Shown here: positions 37,656 to 53,433 of the stretch, in pieces | Layout: every line of letters starts with the position of its first letter | Numbering within the stretch: the first letter of the stretch is position 1 | Source of the DNA: Octopus sinensis | Lineage: Eukaryota | Direction of reading: 5' to 3' | DNA length: 64,000 nucleotides | NCBI RefSeq assembly: GCF_006345805.1 | Contig: NC_043002.1 | Coordinates: forward strand, 17,422,001-17,486,000 | The notes under the pieces: model-generated | Told to the model about the DNA's origin: nothing | Seen by the model: only the letters and a program-made list of their open reading frames with translations | Database searches by the model: none | Made by a program: the position numbers and the translations under genes

Positions 37656-37754
37656 AAGTCGGTTACAGTTCTTCCCGGGCCAGTGTATCCGATCTGCATG
37701 TCGTTCACCTTTGTGCGCCGGTAGCGCAGAGCTTGCAACATCCCTGTATTAAAC

Positions 37755-38065
37755 TGCATTTTGTTGTCCTCAGCCTACCTGATGTGCAATATTTCAAGGG
37801 TTTCGTATTGTCTGAGAGACTTTTGTGTCATCTGCATAGCTAGCAAGGGTGGCCATCTTAGCAACTGAGGGCATGTCTGAAAGGGCCACTATGAACGGCA
37901 GTCGCCCCAAGACAGTGCCCTGTGAAACACCACTTGTTATTTGTGTTTCCTTAGAGATGGCTCCATTGTCCACCACTGCTTGCCTTTTATCTTTTAGGAA
38001 GCTGTGCAGCCAATCTCCAAAGTTTCCGCCTATTCCGAGATCACGCAGTTTGCAGTTTGTGACAG
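37755..38065 (-). mobile_element. CR1-clade LINE RT fragment
   Basis: SGVSQGTVLGRLPFIVALSDMP...SYADDTKVSQ. Confidence 0.88.
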
Positions 38066-38081
38066 ATATAAATATGTATAT

Positions 38082-38114
<33 letters not shown>

Positions 38115-38124
<10 letters not shown>

Positions 38125-38310
38125 CTTAGAATAACTTAGAAATGTTTTGGCCAGTATTGGCCCAGGCCATGTCTAACTTAATAGCACCACCTGGCGAAGT
38201 CTTTCAATTCAGGATTTGGGCACTGAGGCCCATTCGAGCAGGAGATTTATTGTTTGCGAAGACATATCCGGGTGTGGGTGGTTTGTCTGGGACTGTTTGA
38301 AGGAATTTGT

Positions 38311-38315
<5 letters not shown>
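38115..38315 (-). mobile_element. CR1-clade LINE 3' end
   Basis: [16 protein letters not shown]; 3' UTR AAGTTAGACATGGCCTGGGCCAA shared with 49345-49365; (TTCTAAGTTA) tail. Confidence 0.8.
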
Positions 38316-38347
<32 letters not shown>

Positions 38348-38386
38348 CATATACATATCTATATACACATATATATATATATATAT

Positions 38387-38567
<181 letters not shown>

Positions 38568-38599
38568 CATATATATGATGTTTGCACTTGTATTCCTCT

Positions 38600-39110
38600 A
38601 CATAACAATCAAACCACTCGCTTCACTTAGATGTCGCATGATGCCATTATTATGACAAACTTTCAGGCGGCCTCTTCGACACCTTCCACATTTCACTTCA
38701 CTTAGCATCACAGCTTCAGGGATCTTAGCATCATCCATATGTATATCGCGTTCGATCAACTGCAAAAGCTATTCCACTAGGATAGACTCCATGCAAATGA
38801 TATTTGCATAATGCATGGCATCGCTTTTGAAGATGAGGCCCTGCCAAAAAATGTTCATTACAGATTGTATATAGCAAGACTGGTAATTCATCATCTTGTA
38901 CATATGCTGTCATTATAGTGTGTGCTCCTCTGCAGGTCACAACAAACTTGATATTGCTGCTCGATAAAATTTACGCGTTGATTATAGTTTTAGACGCTAT
39001 TTCAACAACTGATGAATAATCATCTTAAAAGTGACTGCACAATATCTGTACATCATTCTCTCTTTGACTCCAGCTTGATTTCGTTAGAAATTGCACTGTC
39101 ACCATTAGAC
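38600..39110 (-). mobile_element. Degenerate RTE LINE fragment
   Basis: MESILVE*LLQLIERDIHMDDAKIPEAVMLSEVKCGRCRRGRLK, resembling the RTE post-RT region. Confidence 0.6.
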
Positions 39111-39289
39111 AATTTTTTACCAAATGAACATGCAATAATAAGGAACAGGGTTTGGTTTTCCTCAGGCACCACCTTCATATAAATTTGCAAGATTATGATT
39201 TATTCCACATCATGCATTTCAATGTGTAGATTAAATTATCATATTCTAGTAGCATTAATCCTTCTACAATAATGCACGAGGCCTGAAGT

Positions 39290-39655
39290 TTGGGGGAGGA
39301 GGATAGTCGATTACATTGACCCCAGTACTCAACTGGTATTTTAATTTATCGACCCCGAAAGAATAAAAGGCAAAGTCGACCCCGGCGGTATTTGAATTCT
39401 GAACGTAACGGTAGTCGAAATACCTATTTCTTTACTAACCATAAGGGGCTAAACAAAGAGGGGACAAACAAGGACAGACAAACAAGGACAGATTATATCG
39501 ACACCAGTGCGTAACTGGTACTTACTTAATCGATCCCGAAAGGATGAAAGGTAAAGTCGACCTCGGCGGAATTTGAACTCAGAACGTAGCGGCGGACGAA
39601 ATACCATAATTTATTTCGCCCGGCGTGTTAACCATTCTGCCAGCTCTCAGCATCA
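39290..39655 (-). mobile_element. SINE family A multimer
   Basis: Two reverse-complement units (GAAAGGATGAAAGGTAAAGTCGACCTCGGCGGAATTTGAACTC). Confidence 0.85.
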
Positions 39656-39709
39656 GTTCCAGTTGCATTAATATGAATTCAAATTCCATTATTTATTATT
39701 TCAAATCTA

Positions 39710-39925
39710 GGGCGGCGAGTTGGCACAATTGTTATCAGACAGGGTAAAATTCTTATTGGTATTTCGTCCATCGCTTACATATATAGTTCAAAACCTACCG
39801 AGGTCAACTTTGTATTTTATCCTTTCGGGGTCAATAAACTAACTGCCAGTGGAACACTTGGTCGATGTAATAGACTAGTACCCTCCCCACAAGCTTCAGG
39901 ATGTATGCCTATAGTAGGAAAGCTT
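39710..39925 (+). mobile_element. SINE family A, diverged
   Basis: GGCGGCGAGTTGGCACAATTGTTA...CCGAGGTCAACTTTGTATTTTATCCTTTCGGGGTC. Confidence 0.75.
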
Positions 39926-40278
39926 ATTATTACAAATCCATTACTGTTTTAAAATAGAAATAATTTTACAACACAGTTTTAATATATTTTAATCACGGAC
40001 ATACATACTCAAACCTACATGCTCATGCAACTTTTCTACCTCTACCTATCTATCTGCTTATCAAACTCTCTCGGTCTGTAGATATTTATATTCAAATAAT
40101 ATATGTGTGGATATATATGTATGTGTATACATATATGCTTATATATATATTTTTGTATATGGTCGAGATGAGGAGTAGATGGAGAGCTGACAACTGATGA
40201 AGGGTCGTTCTTAAATATTACTTGTCCTACTTTCCATTCGTTTCTCTTGTTGTTTGCGTATTCAGCACCCATATATGC

Positions 40279-40312
<34 letters not shown>

Positions 40313-40462
40313 TGTGTGTGTGTGTGTGTGTTGTGTGTGTGTGTGTTGTGTGTATATATATAGTATATATATATTCATATATATATACTTATATACACAG
40401 ATGTACATATATACATACATGTATATATATATATACATATAGACATATATATATATATAATA

Positions 40463-40500
<38 letters not shown>

Positions 40501-41059
40501 TCGTATACAATTATACATAGATGTGTGTATATATATGTATGCGTGTGTGTGTGTATAAAATATGTTTGTATGTGTTTTGTGTATACATATAAATGCAAGC
40601 GTCTTTCAGCATTGGAATGAAAATGCATTTACTGAAAGCTCCTGCTAAAATATGAAAATGATATAACACATCAGAATTTCTAAACATCTGATATGGTAAA
40701 ATGATAATTACTCTTCAAACTACATCCATTAGTAATGCTATGCCACCAATGTTAAGTTAATATCTGATCAAGCATTTTGGGAAAAACTACTAGGTTTACA
40801 CAGTTGTTTTTAGGCCATTAAGGCATGTGAGTTTACGCGAAAATATTTATCTTCCGAAATCTATTGGTTTTCTAAACGTGACGTTTTAATCTGCTAATAT
40901 TTAGATTTGGAAATTGAAGTAGATAGCTATCTGAAAATCATTATTGAACGACGTGTGAAAGTAAAGCAAATAATCTGATGTTAGAAAATCCGTATTATCT
41001 GCATTTTAACATTAAGCCAATGCAGTTTCCTGTTATTCAGCTTAAGGCTTTCTAGGACG

Positions 41060-41500
41060 TAAAATATGCCATTGAAGTTCCAATGAAAAGGAGAATATTT
41101 GATATTCAAAGCGATTCCATGGATATAATTGTTTTTGTCAATCCATCAACGCATTACTTAAATGTAGTCCATTTAGCACCATAAAAATACACAATACCCA
41201 ATATTAATATATAAACGCAAGTAAAATTGCTGTTATGCAGTACGGGGTCAGCTCTGTTCGAACAATCCGTTGCCACACAATCAGTCAGTTGAAAAACTAG
41301 TTGCAATTCAAATATATGCTTCTTCCATTGTATCATGCCTCCGTCTTAGCTTGGTAACTAATTGCATACTCCAGATATATAGTGAATTGTAAGGCTTAGT
41401 ATGACAGTGTGGATAATTTCTCCTCGGCCGTGTCTATATCCTAACACACTTGATTCTGACATTTGTCACAGCAGAAATGAAATAATCTAGATTAAATTGA
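41060..41500 (-). mobile_element. Highly degenerate RTE-type RT remnant
   Basis: FTIYLEYAI..., ILGIVYFYGAKWTTFK*CVDG resemble the FxYLG and LLYGxExWT motifs. Confidence 0.4.
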
Positions 41501-42249
41501 GATTATTACATTGAATAATGACAGATTTTTTAAAAGACGTGAGACATTGCACCCTGGTCTCTCTCTCCCACTTTCACCCCCTCTCTCTCCGCCTCCCACA
41601 CTCTCTCTGCCTCTCCTACTCTCTCCTCTCGTTACTCTCTATTTCTCTTGAATGATCTACTAATATAAGAATTTGAAATTGCTTCCGACCAGATTTTAAA
41701 ATTAAGTAGAAGTCTTTTCTCACTCACTGAATTCTTACCAGCATGTTACTCTTCTCAAATTAAGGGTTATTTCTTTTCGCTAGTGAAAATCGTTTAATGC
41801 GTCAATGCAGAAAGAACGGTGTCGTTGAGACGGAAATTTTATGTCTCAGGAGAAAGGAACTTACATCGAAATTGACTTGTTTTGACATGGCGCAGGATTG
41901 TGTTATTCCTTACAATGGAAAACGTCAAGTGTGATATTGATTGTTTTATTCCTGACAGGCATTGGTGTTTCATATGATAGGAAATGTCTTCACTCAGATC
42001 ACGCACTAGAATCATTAAGAGCCTATATGTTGCTTTAGGGTTACAGCGGTTAATGATATTATTTTGAAAATGTTAATCATCTAGGTAAATATCCGGAGAG
42101 CATTGTCGGAGATAGATTTCATTCTAGGCCATGAATATATTTCAAACCTCTACTGTCCTCTGAGAACAGCTTAATGTATCAACGGCCAATTACTTAACAT
42201 AAATTTATGGTGATGCTTAATTAAGGTACGAAAACTATATATATATATA

Positions 42250-42634
42250 TCTCTCTCTATATAAACGGCAGTTTGTCTGTGCGTGTTTCTGTGTGTCTGT
42301 TTGCTTGTACCCTCACCCTGACCACGGCTTTCAACCGATTCTCATGAAACTTGACACACACATAGCCCAATGTCATAATTCAAAACTAACGCAGCGAAAA
42401 TTTTGAAAAGTTCCCCCAGTTCTGAAAAAAATCGATAAATTCGACATGGGGTCGAGAATCAGGAACACAAACCACAGACTGTCTAGGGGACGCAACTCCA
42501 CCTTTTTTAACTATCAAAAAAAAATTTACCATCATTTTTTTCCATTTTTTTGCTGTTTTTTGGCTATAACTCTCTAAAAATGCTTTATAGTTATTTCCCT
42601 TACAAACATGAGCAACGCCGGGCGATACTGCTAG
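42250..42634 (+). mobile_element. Non-autonomous Helitron
   Basis: 5' TC start and 3' GAGCAACGCCGGGCGATACTGCTAG end; inserted between A and T; no TSD. Confidence 0.75.
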
Positions 42635-44182
42635 TATTATATAAAAGTATATGTATATGCATATATACATACACAGGAACACACACACACACATATATTA
42701 TAATAATGTTAGTGCCCCAATGTGGCTCTCTGTATTTATGTGACGATATCTGTTTATAAATACGATATAGGTAATATGTAAATGGTACACTTATATATTT
42801 ATATATTTCGTTGTCTAAATATACTCCTAATATATTCCTATTATTCATTTATATTCAGTCACGAAACCAAAAATTCTAGTATGTTTATTCGCCAGAATTA
42901 CATTGACTATGTTCCTCATTCATCATCCACGAGCATTAATAGACAACGTATATTTTACAGCGTTATATATCAACCACAAATGACAATACAACGCAATTTA
43001 TGGGCAATGAAACAATTACGGAGGAAACTATATCTCATCAACTCACGAACTGAGATGGTGTTTCCTATACATATATTTGCGTGTGTGAGTGCGCGAATGT
43101 ATGTATCAGTTTATATATGCATATATATATATATATATATATAACTTTAGGTTATATTCATAATATTTATTTATGTACATATAGATACATATATAAATAT
43201 AATGATATATATTTATATATATATAAATATACATTTATATCTATATATAAATATACACACACACACACATATATATAAATATATACACACACACACATAT
43301 ATATATATATAACATTCTATTGGAATCCTGTACATTTCTCTTCTCTCAGAGTCGATATCATTGTCATTGATACAATTCCTATTAGTGGGCCAACTTAAAC
43401 TCTTAAGTAATCTCATTAACACTGATTATTGTTAAACAAGTCTTATAAACGCAATAAATATCATAGCTTCTCATTTTTTGTAATATCTAAAAATATATTT
43501 CGTATTTAATCAAAAGGTTGCAACATCTGTTAATTGTGTCAAGTGCTGTACTAAACTATATAATTTCTCATCGAACCTCGTCGACCAGAATTTTCTACTT
43601 TTACAAAACTTCATCTGAGTAAAACACCTCAACTAATTTCTAACGATATATTTCCACAATCCATATCACCACATCATTCGTAATTCGCCTATGATGCCAT
43701 ACGTGCGAGGTTTGTCCCATGAAATAATAAAAAGTAAAACATGAAACCCATTCATTAGAGTTTTCACTAGCTATGTTATTACTTTGAAAAGTATTGGATT
43801 CCAATTTTGGTACAATCTCACCGGCTTATGTTAAAGGGTATGAAATAAGGGAAGTAAAAGTGTATATTAATCATCTGTGTCCTGTTTGACTATCAATTTT
43901 ACCTAAATTTCGTTTTCTATACCTGTAGAATTAGTAATATTTCTCCTAGATTAAAAAGCAACAGATATGCTTCGAGTGAATAATCTGTATCTATATACCT
44001 GCTTTTTCGCTATGATTTCTCTGACGATCAGAACTAGAGATTTTGAATATCTCCATCTGTTTTTCAATCATTTATCATTCTTCACGTGGTGTGTTCACTC
44101 GAATTCACCATAAGATACTTTCAAGACAAATAGAGTGAGAGAAGCAATGTGATACAGGGAATAATATGTGCATATATAAATG

Positions 44183-44217
<35 letters not shown>

Positions 44218-44220
<3 letters not shown>

Positions 44221-44520
44221 GGTCCCGGGTTGAGGCGGGGTTAACCACAGTAAATAAGGTACTCAATACATTGCAGAGTAAAGTAATTTATTTTATAGAA
44301 GGAGCTTCTACAGGACTAGAACTGTTTCATTCAGATGAAATCTTCAGGAAGCTGGCTGTCAAAATAAGTTCTGGTATTTATGCATTTAGGCAAATTTAAT
44401 GGAGTGGTGGTGGGGGACGTTTTCTGGGTAGGTTGGTATTTAGGAGATAAACAGGGCACTAGCTATTGTTCTTAGGGGATTGGTCAAAAGGCCAGAGTCA
44501 GTGAGGTGCGTAATGTTCGA
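44218..44520 (-). mobile_element. Penelope-type terminal fragment with degenerate hammerhead-like core
   Basis: Minus strand AGCTTC CTGAAGA TTTCATCTGAAT GAAAC AGTTCTA GTC CTGTA GAAGCT; abuts (TA)n. Confidence 0.45.
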
Positions 44521-44989
44521 TCATTCTAACTAGTTTTATGATGCCTGACTTAAACACCTTGAACAATTCCAATTAAAACACAGATGAAATAACTTCACAG
44601 GAAATATTAACTATACTCTCCGGACGTTCCGTATTTAGCCTTTATTTCCCACATCATATTTAACTTATTCCATGACTATATCAAATTTGTATTTAATCGA
44701 ATTTTAGGTTTTGCCTTCGTGCGAAAATCCAAATCTCCATACATTTATACTTATCACTATTATGCACCTGTTAATACAAATATTGTGTTTGCACATTGGA
44801 ACCGGTAGCTGATCGCATAACTTAAAATGAACCTTATAGTGAAATGATGAGGTGTGATTAAATAATTTATCAAAGTCTTAATTTGCCAAGATCAATTTTG
44901 ACAAATTTTCATATACATAAAATGAGTGGATGATAGAGAGTCTGAACTACAATCTAGCACATTACAGTGTTGGGTGTAAGAGTGATTCC

Positions 44990-45460
44990 CAAATATATTG
45001 TCACATATGCGCAAGTATGGCTACGTTATAAAAATCGTTTCCCAACGAAGCCACCGCCTGACAACGGATGTTGGTGTGTTTACGTTCCCGTAACTTAGCA
45101 AGCATATAGATATAAAACGTGTATGTATATATGCCATAATAAATCACAAGATACCAAGCTATAAAAAGAAAAAAAAAATTCAGGGTCGATTCATTCGACT
45201 AACATTCCATTCGATTAAAAAAGGCGAGACCCCAGCATGGCCGCATTGTAATAACTGAAACAGGTAAACAATAAAAGATAAAATTTACTATATAGGTGCA
45301 GACATACATGTGTGGTTATTAAACATGTTTTGGAACCATATGTTTTCGGTTGTTTCCTGCTTCAGAGTACCTTGGCCGAATGACTTGTACGCTAGGCCTG
45401 GTTCGACTAATAACTTGTGAGCGAATTTTGGGGCGAAAACTGTGTAGAATACCGTTGTAT
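44990..45460 (+). mobile_element. Two diverged family B-like SINE pieces
   Basis: GATGTTGGTGTGTTTACGTTCCCGTAACTTAGC body and CAGCATGGCCGC tail; second head from about 45295. Confidence 0.6.
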
Positions 45461-45469
45461 ATATATATA

Positions 45470-45730
45470 TATTAGTTTCAGCTCAGAGATGCAGCCATGC
45501 TGATGCACCGCCGTTTTGTGCTACACTGTTATTACTAAGAGCCTTCTCTAATATGTGGCACTTGGTGAAGACTGGAGTTTGACATAGCTACCCACATTTG
45601 CACCTCTTGCCGTGAGGTAGGTTCATCAGGGACTCTCGACAGGAAGAGGTCCAGCTTTGATTTAAAAACTGCTACATCTACTTTGTGCAAGTTCCTCAGA
45701 CTCTTTGGGAGAATATTAAAAAGCTATATT
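45470..45730 (-). mobile_element. CR1-clade LINE 3' end (putative SINE partner)
   Basis: FNILPKSLRNLHKVDVAVFKSKLDLFLSRVPDEP...SNS; 3' end AACGGCGGTGCATCAGCATGGCTGCATCTCTGAGCTGAAACTA. Confidence 0.85.
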
Positions 45731-45744
45731 CAAAAGCTATATAT

Positions 45745-48196
<2,452 letters not shown>

Positions 48197-48249
48197 GTAT
48201 GCAAGTATGTACGTATGTAATGTATGTATGTATGTATGTGTGTATATAT

Positions 48250-48505
48250 GTAGAAGGTTGAAAAGGAGTACATGAGTTGATATATATGGAAAAAATGTCA
48301 AGGTAGAAAATGCTAAAATTCTTTTATAAAAAACATTTCAGTACCGGTTTCAGTCATTGAGCCTTTGTATGGAAAAAATTCAATTATGGAAAAATTAAAA
48401 GAAAAGTTGTTTAGAAGAATATTTGTATAGTATTCGAATGCAATGGGCATTTTCCATGTTTCTGCCTCTTTTGTATACTCTTGTGGTTTCGAGGTCGTTG
48501 CCATA
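48250..48505 (-). mobile_element. Diverged copy of the Penelope-type terminal family of 55567-56079
   Basis: GAGTTGATATATATG...AGAAAATGCTAAAAT...ACATTTCAGTACCGGTTTC shared with 55561-55640. Confidence 0.7.
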
Positions 48506-48939
48506 CTCATAAGTTTTTGTCATACTCACAAAAAGTTATCTCCTTAATATTTGAACAGACACATTTACGACCTCTATGATATTCTCCTGTGTATTTAGGA
48601 AGAATTTCATGTTATAAAGGTCAAGACTATATTATCAGTGACAGTTAACAAATAATCATGGAAGGGCAACCTCGAATCCACAAGAATAAACAAGAGATGC
48701 AGATACAGGCATGAACAAGGAAATATGGACCCCAAATCCATTCACAAGGCTTTCGTCGACCCGAGGCTATAGTAGAATACATCTGACCATGATGCCACGC
48801 AGTAGAACTGGACCCGGAACTGCTTATCACTGTATTCTTTCATTTATATATATATATATATATATATATTGGAAACGGTGTTTCATCGGGCTAAATAGCA
48901 GTAGCATTCTTCCCTTTCTTGGGACTGCCACATTAAGAT

Positions 48940-49385
48940 GGCAACAAGCCATCACTGCTGAATAAGCCTGTCTGGGAGATTTAGAAATGTGATATTTCTA
49001 ATATTATATGTATATAAACATTAGGTTAAAGGTTCATCCAAGGCTGGGTTCACGGGACATATGACCCTTTCCCAATTCATGATCACAACATATAGGTACA
49101 CTGAGACACAATTTCTTTTCCTCAACAGGTCTTGCCTGATTAACATTCTTGCAAAACTGATCAGAGAGGAAAATGATCCCATCACCTTTAAATGGAGTGT
49201 GGACATATTTCTTCAAGTAATACCAGACAAGCCACCCATACCTGGAAAGAATTCACTCAACAAGAACTCGCTAATTGGAAGGACCATAATACCACAAAAC
49301 ATGACTTAAAAAGGCTTTGATAATCCTCTTAGGTAGTACTATTAAGTTAGACATGGCCTGGACCAATCTTTGGTCGTAACATATC
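48940..49385 (+). mobile_element. CR1-clade LINE 3' end
   Basis: TFKWSVDIFLQVIPDKPPIPG...NSL; UTR TATTAAGTTAGACATGGCCTGGACCAA. Confidence 0.75.
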
Positions 49386-49414
49386 ACAGTTTTATAAATA
49401 TATAAATATATATA

Positions 49415-49930
<516 letters not shown>

Positions 49931-49963
49931 AGATGTATGCGTACGTCTATATATATATATTAG

Positions 49964-50060
49964 TAATTAAAATCTTAGGGTAGCAAGAATATTCATCGAA
50001 AAATTCTTAGTTACCGGTGAATATTCGATGAATATTCTTGCTACCCTAAGATTTTAATTA
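49964..50060. repeat. 37-bp perfect inverted repeat, 23-nt loop
   Basis: TAATTAAAATCTTAGGGTAGCAAGAATATTCATCGAA at 49964-50000 and its reverse complement at 50024-50060. Confidence 0.92.
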
Positions 50061-50425
50061 ATGATAAAATGTTTTTTTGGCTAATTCTGGAAGAAAATCG
50101 GCAATTTATTTTTTAGTGCTGGTTCAGTTCCACTTCTGCGCTGTAGATTCGAAAAATTAGAACCTATAGTCACGTGGCGGGTTATTTATCGCTCCGTGCC
50201 TGTGTTCAGTCCTGGCAAACTACTGAAGAAGCAGCGCCAGATATAGGCTGAAACTATTTTATTTATGTCTGCAGAAACCTTGCAGGGTCTAGGATTAAGG
50301 TAAAAGTTTTTATTTTCCAATCACTTTCAGAATTACAAAAATAGGTGGCTTGGAGTTTTAACTGATCTTTCTAGCGAGTCAGATATCCTATCCTTCGTGT
50401 ACCTCTTTTGTGTTTGAACGCACAC

Positions 50426-50475
<50 letters not shown>

Positions 50476-51123
50476 TGTATGTATGTATGTATGTATATCT
50501 ATCGACATGTGTGCTTGTGTGTGTCATGTATATGTGGGTGTTGTGTGTTTGGTGGCATATGTGTATATATATATATATATATGCATGTGTGTGTGTGTGT
50601 CCGTGTGGACAAATACATGCCTAAACTCCACCAAGAGCATATTCTTCATCTTAAACGAGTAATTCACCAACGATATGTGAAAATTTCAAATATTGAAAAC
50701 AATTTAGTTACAGCAGCGAGTGGTCTTCTCTAGTACTATTAACCGAATTGAATATTACTGCAGCCATAAACAATCGCCTCCTACAGTGACAACTGTAAAA
50801 CTAATGCAAACAGCATGTTTCTGTGTATCATCTTTATATTTCAAAATTGATATTTAAAAATATACACATCATTTACGTCTGCAGTCGATCTTAGTAAGGA
50901 AATAGCTTATATGTCAACGATTATATTTGCTCCCGCAATGCTACTGCAGGCTTTGTCATTCTGAAATGTTTTAATTATTCATAAGCAGCGACGTCTATTT
51001 ATACAATTAGTAGTAAGAAATAAATGAAGAATATTGTAAATGAAGCATCATTTAAGATGCGTAAATATTTAATAGTCGGAGAATTTTCTTCACATTTTCC
51101 TTAATGTTAAAATAAATGAATAA

Positions 51124-51737
51124 GGCAGCGAGCTGGCAGAAACGTTAGCACGCCGGGCGAAATGCTTAGCTGTATTTCGTCTGCCGTTACGTTCTGAGTT
51201 CAAATTCCGCCGAAGTCGACTTTGCCTTTCATCCTTTCGGGGTCGATAAATTAAGTACCAGTTACGCACTCGGGTCGATATAATCGACTTAATCCGTTTG
51301 TCGTCCTTGTTTGTCCCCTCTGTGTTTAGCCTCTTGTGTGTAGTAAAGAAATAGGTATTTCGTCTGCCGTTACGTTATGAGTTCAAATTCCGCCGAGGTC
51401 GACTTTGCCTGTCATGCTTTCGGGGTCGATAAATAAAGTACCAGTTACGCACTGGGTTCGATGTACCCGACTTAATCCGTGTGTCTGTCCTTGTTTGTAC
51501 ACTCTATGTTTAGCCCCTTGTAGGCAATAAAGAAATAAGAAACGTTGGCACCTTGGGCGAAATGCTTATCAGTATTTCGTCTGTCTTTACGTTTTGAGTT
51601 CAACTTTGGGTGAGGTCGACTTTGCCGGTCATGCTTTCAGGGTCGATAAATTAGTTACCAGTCGCTTACTGTGGCCGATGTAATCGACAAGCCCTTCCTT
51701 AAAAATGTCGGGCCTTGTGCCTTGAGTAGAAAAGAAT
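51124..51737 (+). mobile_element. SINE family A, head-to-tail trimer
   Basis: GTATTTCGTCTG units at 51172, 51355 and 51572. Confidence 0.9.
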
Positions 51738-53220
51738 AAAATAAATGAATCAACAGGAAAACGAGTATGAAAATAAAAAGGAATACAAACGGGTGGGTTT
51801 GGCCGCATCAATACAGCAATAACAAAGCAAACATGGACGCCCTTTAACTTTTATTTGTGAAGCGTGCTTATTTTATTATCGATTTCATAAGAGCTCCAGT
51901 AAGTTAAATATTCATTTAGACTAAAGCAGTCAGGTTTAATAATAAATGTTAAAGAATAGGAAGAGTGGGGAAACTAATTGGAAGTCTAATGTAAATGGAT
52001 TGTAGATATATCGCTATAATGTAAAAATTTCTCAGGAACTTGCAAATGCTGTAAAATATACTACTGCATATTCTCCTGTATAATAGATTACGATGAAGAA
52101 TTTAAGAAACTGGATAACCCCCCAACTCTACCCCAGAAATTTTCATGTTGATGTTCCGGAATATTCAGGGACAATGCAGCAACAGAAAGTGTTTGAGAAG
52201 AAAATTTATATCATAAAGGTATAAATTTGGGTAGGATACTTCGATGTTTTTACGACATAGAAATATGACTGGAGATTGCTAACAGCCTATGCGTGAGTAT
52301 CGGTTTCAAAAATTCTTAGAGCTTTACTGTGTTTCTAAAAATCCCATGTACGGTAATATAGTAATTAAATAAGAAGGTAAACGTCCTCAAGAAATTATCT
52401 GACAGCTTTTCTCACAACTTATGTCCCAATGTTAAGAGTTGCTGAAAAGATAATAAACTAATTTCTTTTAATGTTCTCTTATCTTTAGAAAGTAGCGAAT
52501 TGGTTTTAATGACTTAAATGATCATGTGAAATACATTTTATTCCTAACCAGACATAGGTCAATGGAAATAGCAGAATAGAACACCTGAAGATGAATACAA
52601 CACAGAAGATGAAATCACTGTATATTTCTCAGCATGTTACAAAATTTATACGAGTAGTTTCGCAAACTTTGCTGCATTTTGGTCCAAAGTTACTGGAAGC
52701 ATCGGGAGTTTTGCATGGTATCAAATGCATCATTGTATCTCACAGTTCACTACTCTGCCAGGAAATGCTTATAATGATTCTTTTTACAATTGCACATAGC
52801 TTTTCCTTTATAAACTCCGTGCCATTAACGCATCCTTTAACTAATTTGTGACATGTATTGAATGGAAAAAATTATTAATAGATATTTGTATTCAGTACCA
52901 GATTTCTATTTCAGCTTTGATGTAGTGTTTAGCTACAGATGGAATTAATAACGGTGGTGAAATATTAACTGAAATTGATAATGGCTTCAGCAATTAATAC
53001 TACCATTATTAAAACTAAAAACAGTACTATAAACAAACAGTATCCAATAAAAAACATTTCATGGTAACAGAACGACTTGTAAATAAATATGTTGGCAAAA
53101 TGCCACATGCCAGGGAAGGAACCGCACCTTACACATATTAGTTGAAACTACTTGCAAACAGAAGATAAAGACTATAATCAAATCCACTATGATTATTCTT
53201 TATTGCTTTGATCAAACATA

Positions 53221-53433
53221 CGAAAGAGTGCTGAAAAGTCCCTGGTTTAAAAGTATTGCAAAAAGGCCTGGTTGGAGGCACAACCTTCCGAATTCTTTTA
53301 TAGAGCTTCAAAAAACAGAAGGACAGCTACAATAAGTTTATGAATCGAAGAGGGGAACATGTTGAATAAAATCACAATTAACTGATCCTACTGTATATTT
53401 ACCCAAACCCAGGAGCTTTTCAGTCTCCCGTCA
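53221..53433. mobile_element. Mariner-derived MITE
   Basis: TA-flanked imperfect TIRs CGAAAGAGTGCTGAAAAGTCCCTGG / TGACGGGAGACTGAAAAGCTCCTGG; internal remnant of a mariner C-terminus. Confidence 0.7.

Noticed and set aside
40185-40260. Hammerhead at CTGATGAAGGG
   Set aside because: No downstream helix II partner or GAAA; at most a deleted remnant.
51124-51737. CRISPR-like or satellite array
   Set aside because: Units are 180-220-bp SINE bodies without unique spacers, in a eukaryotic context.
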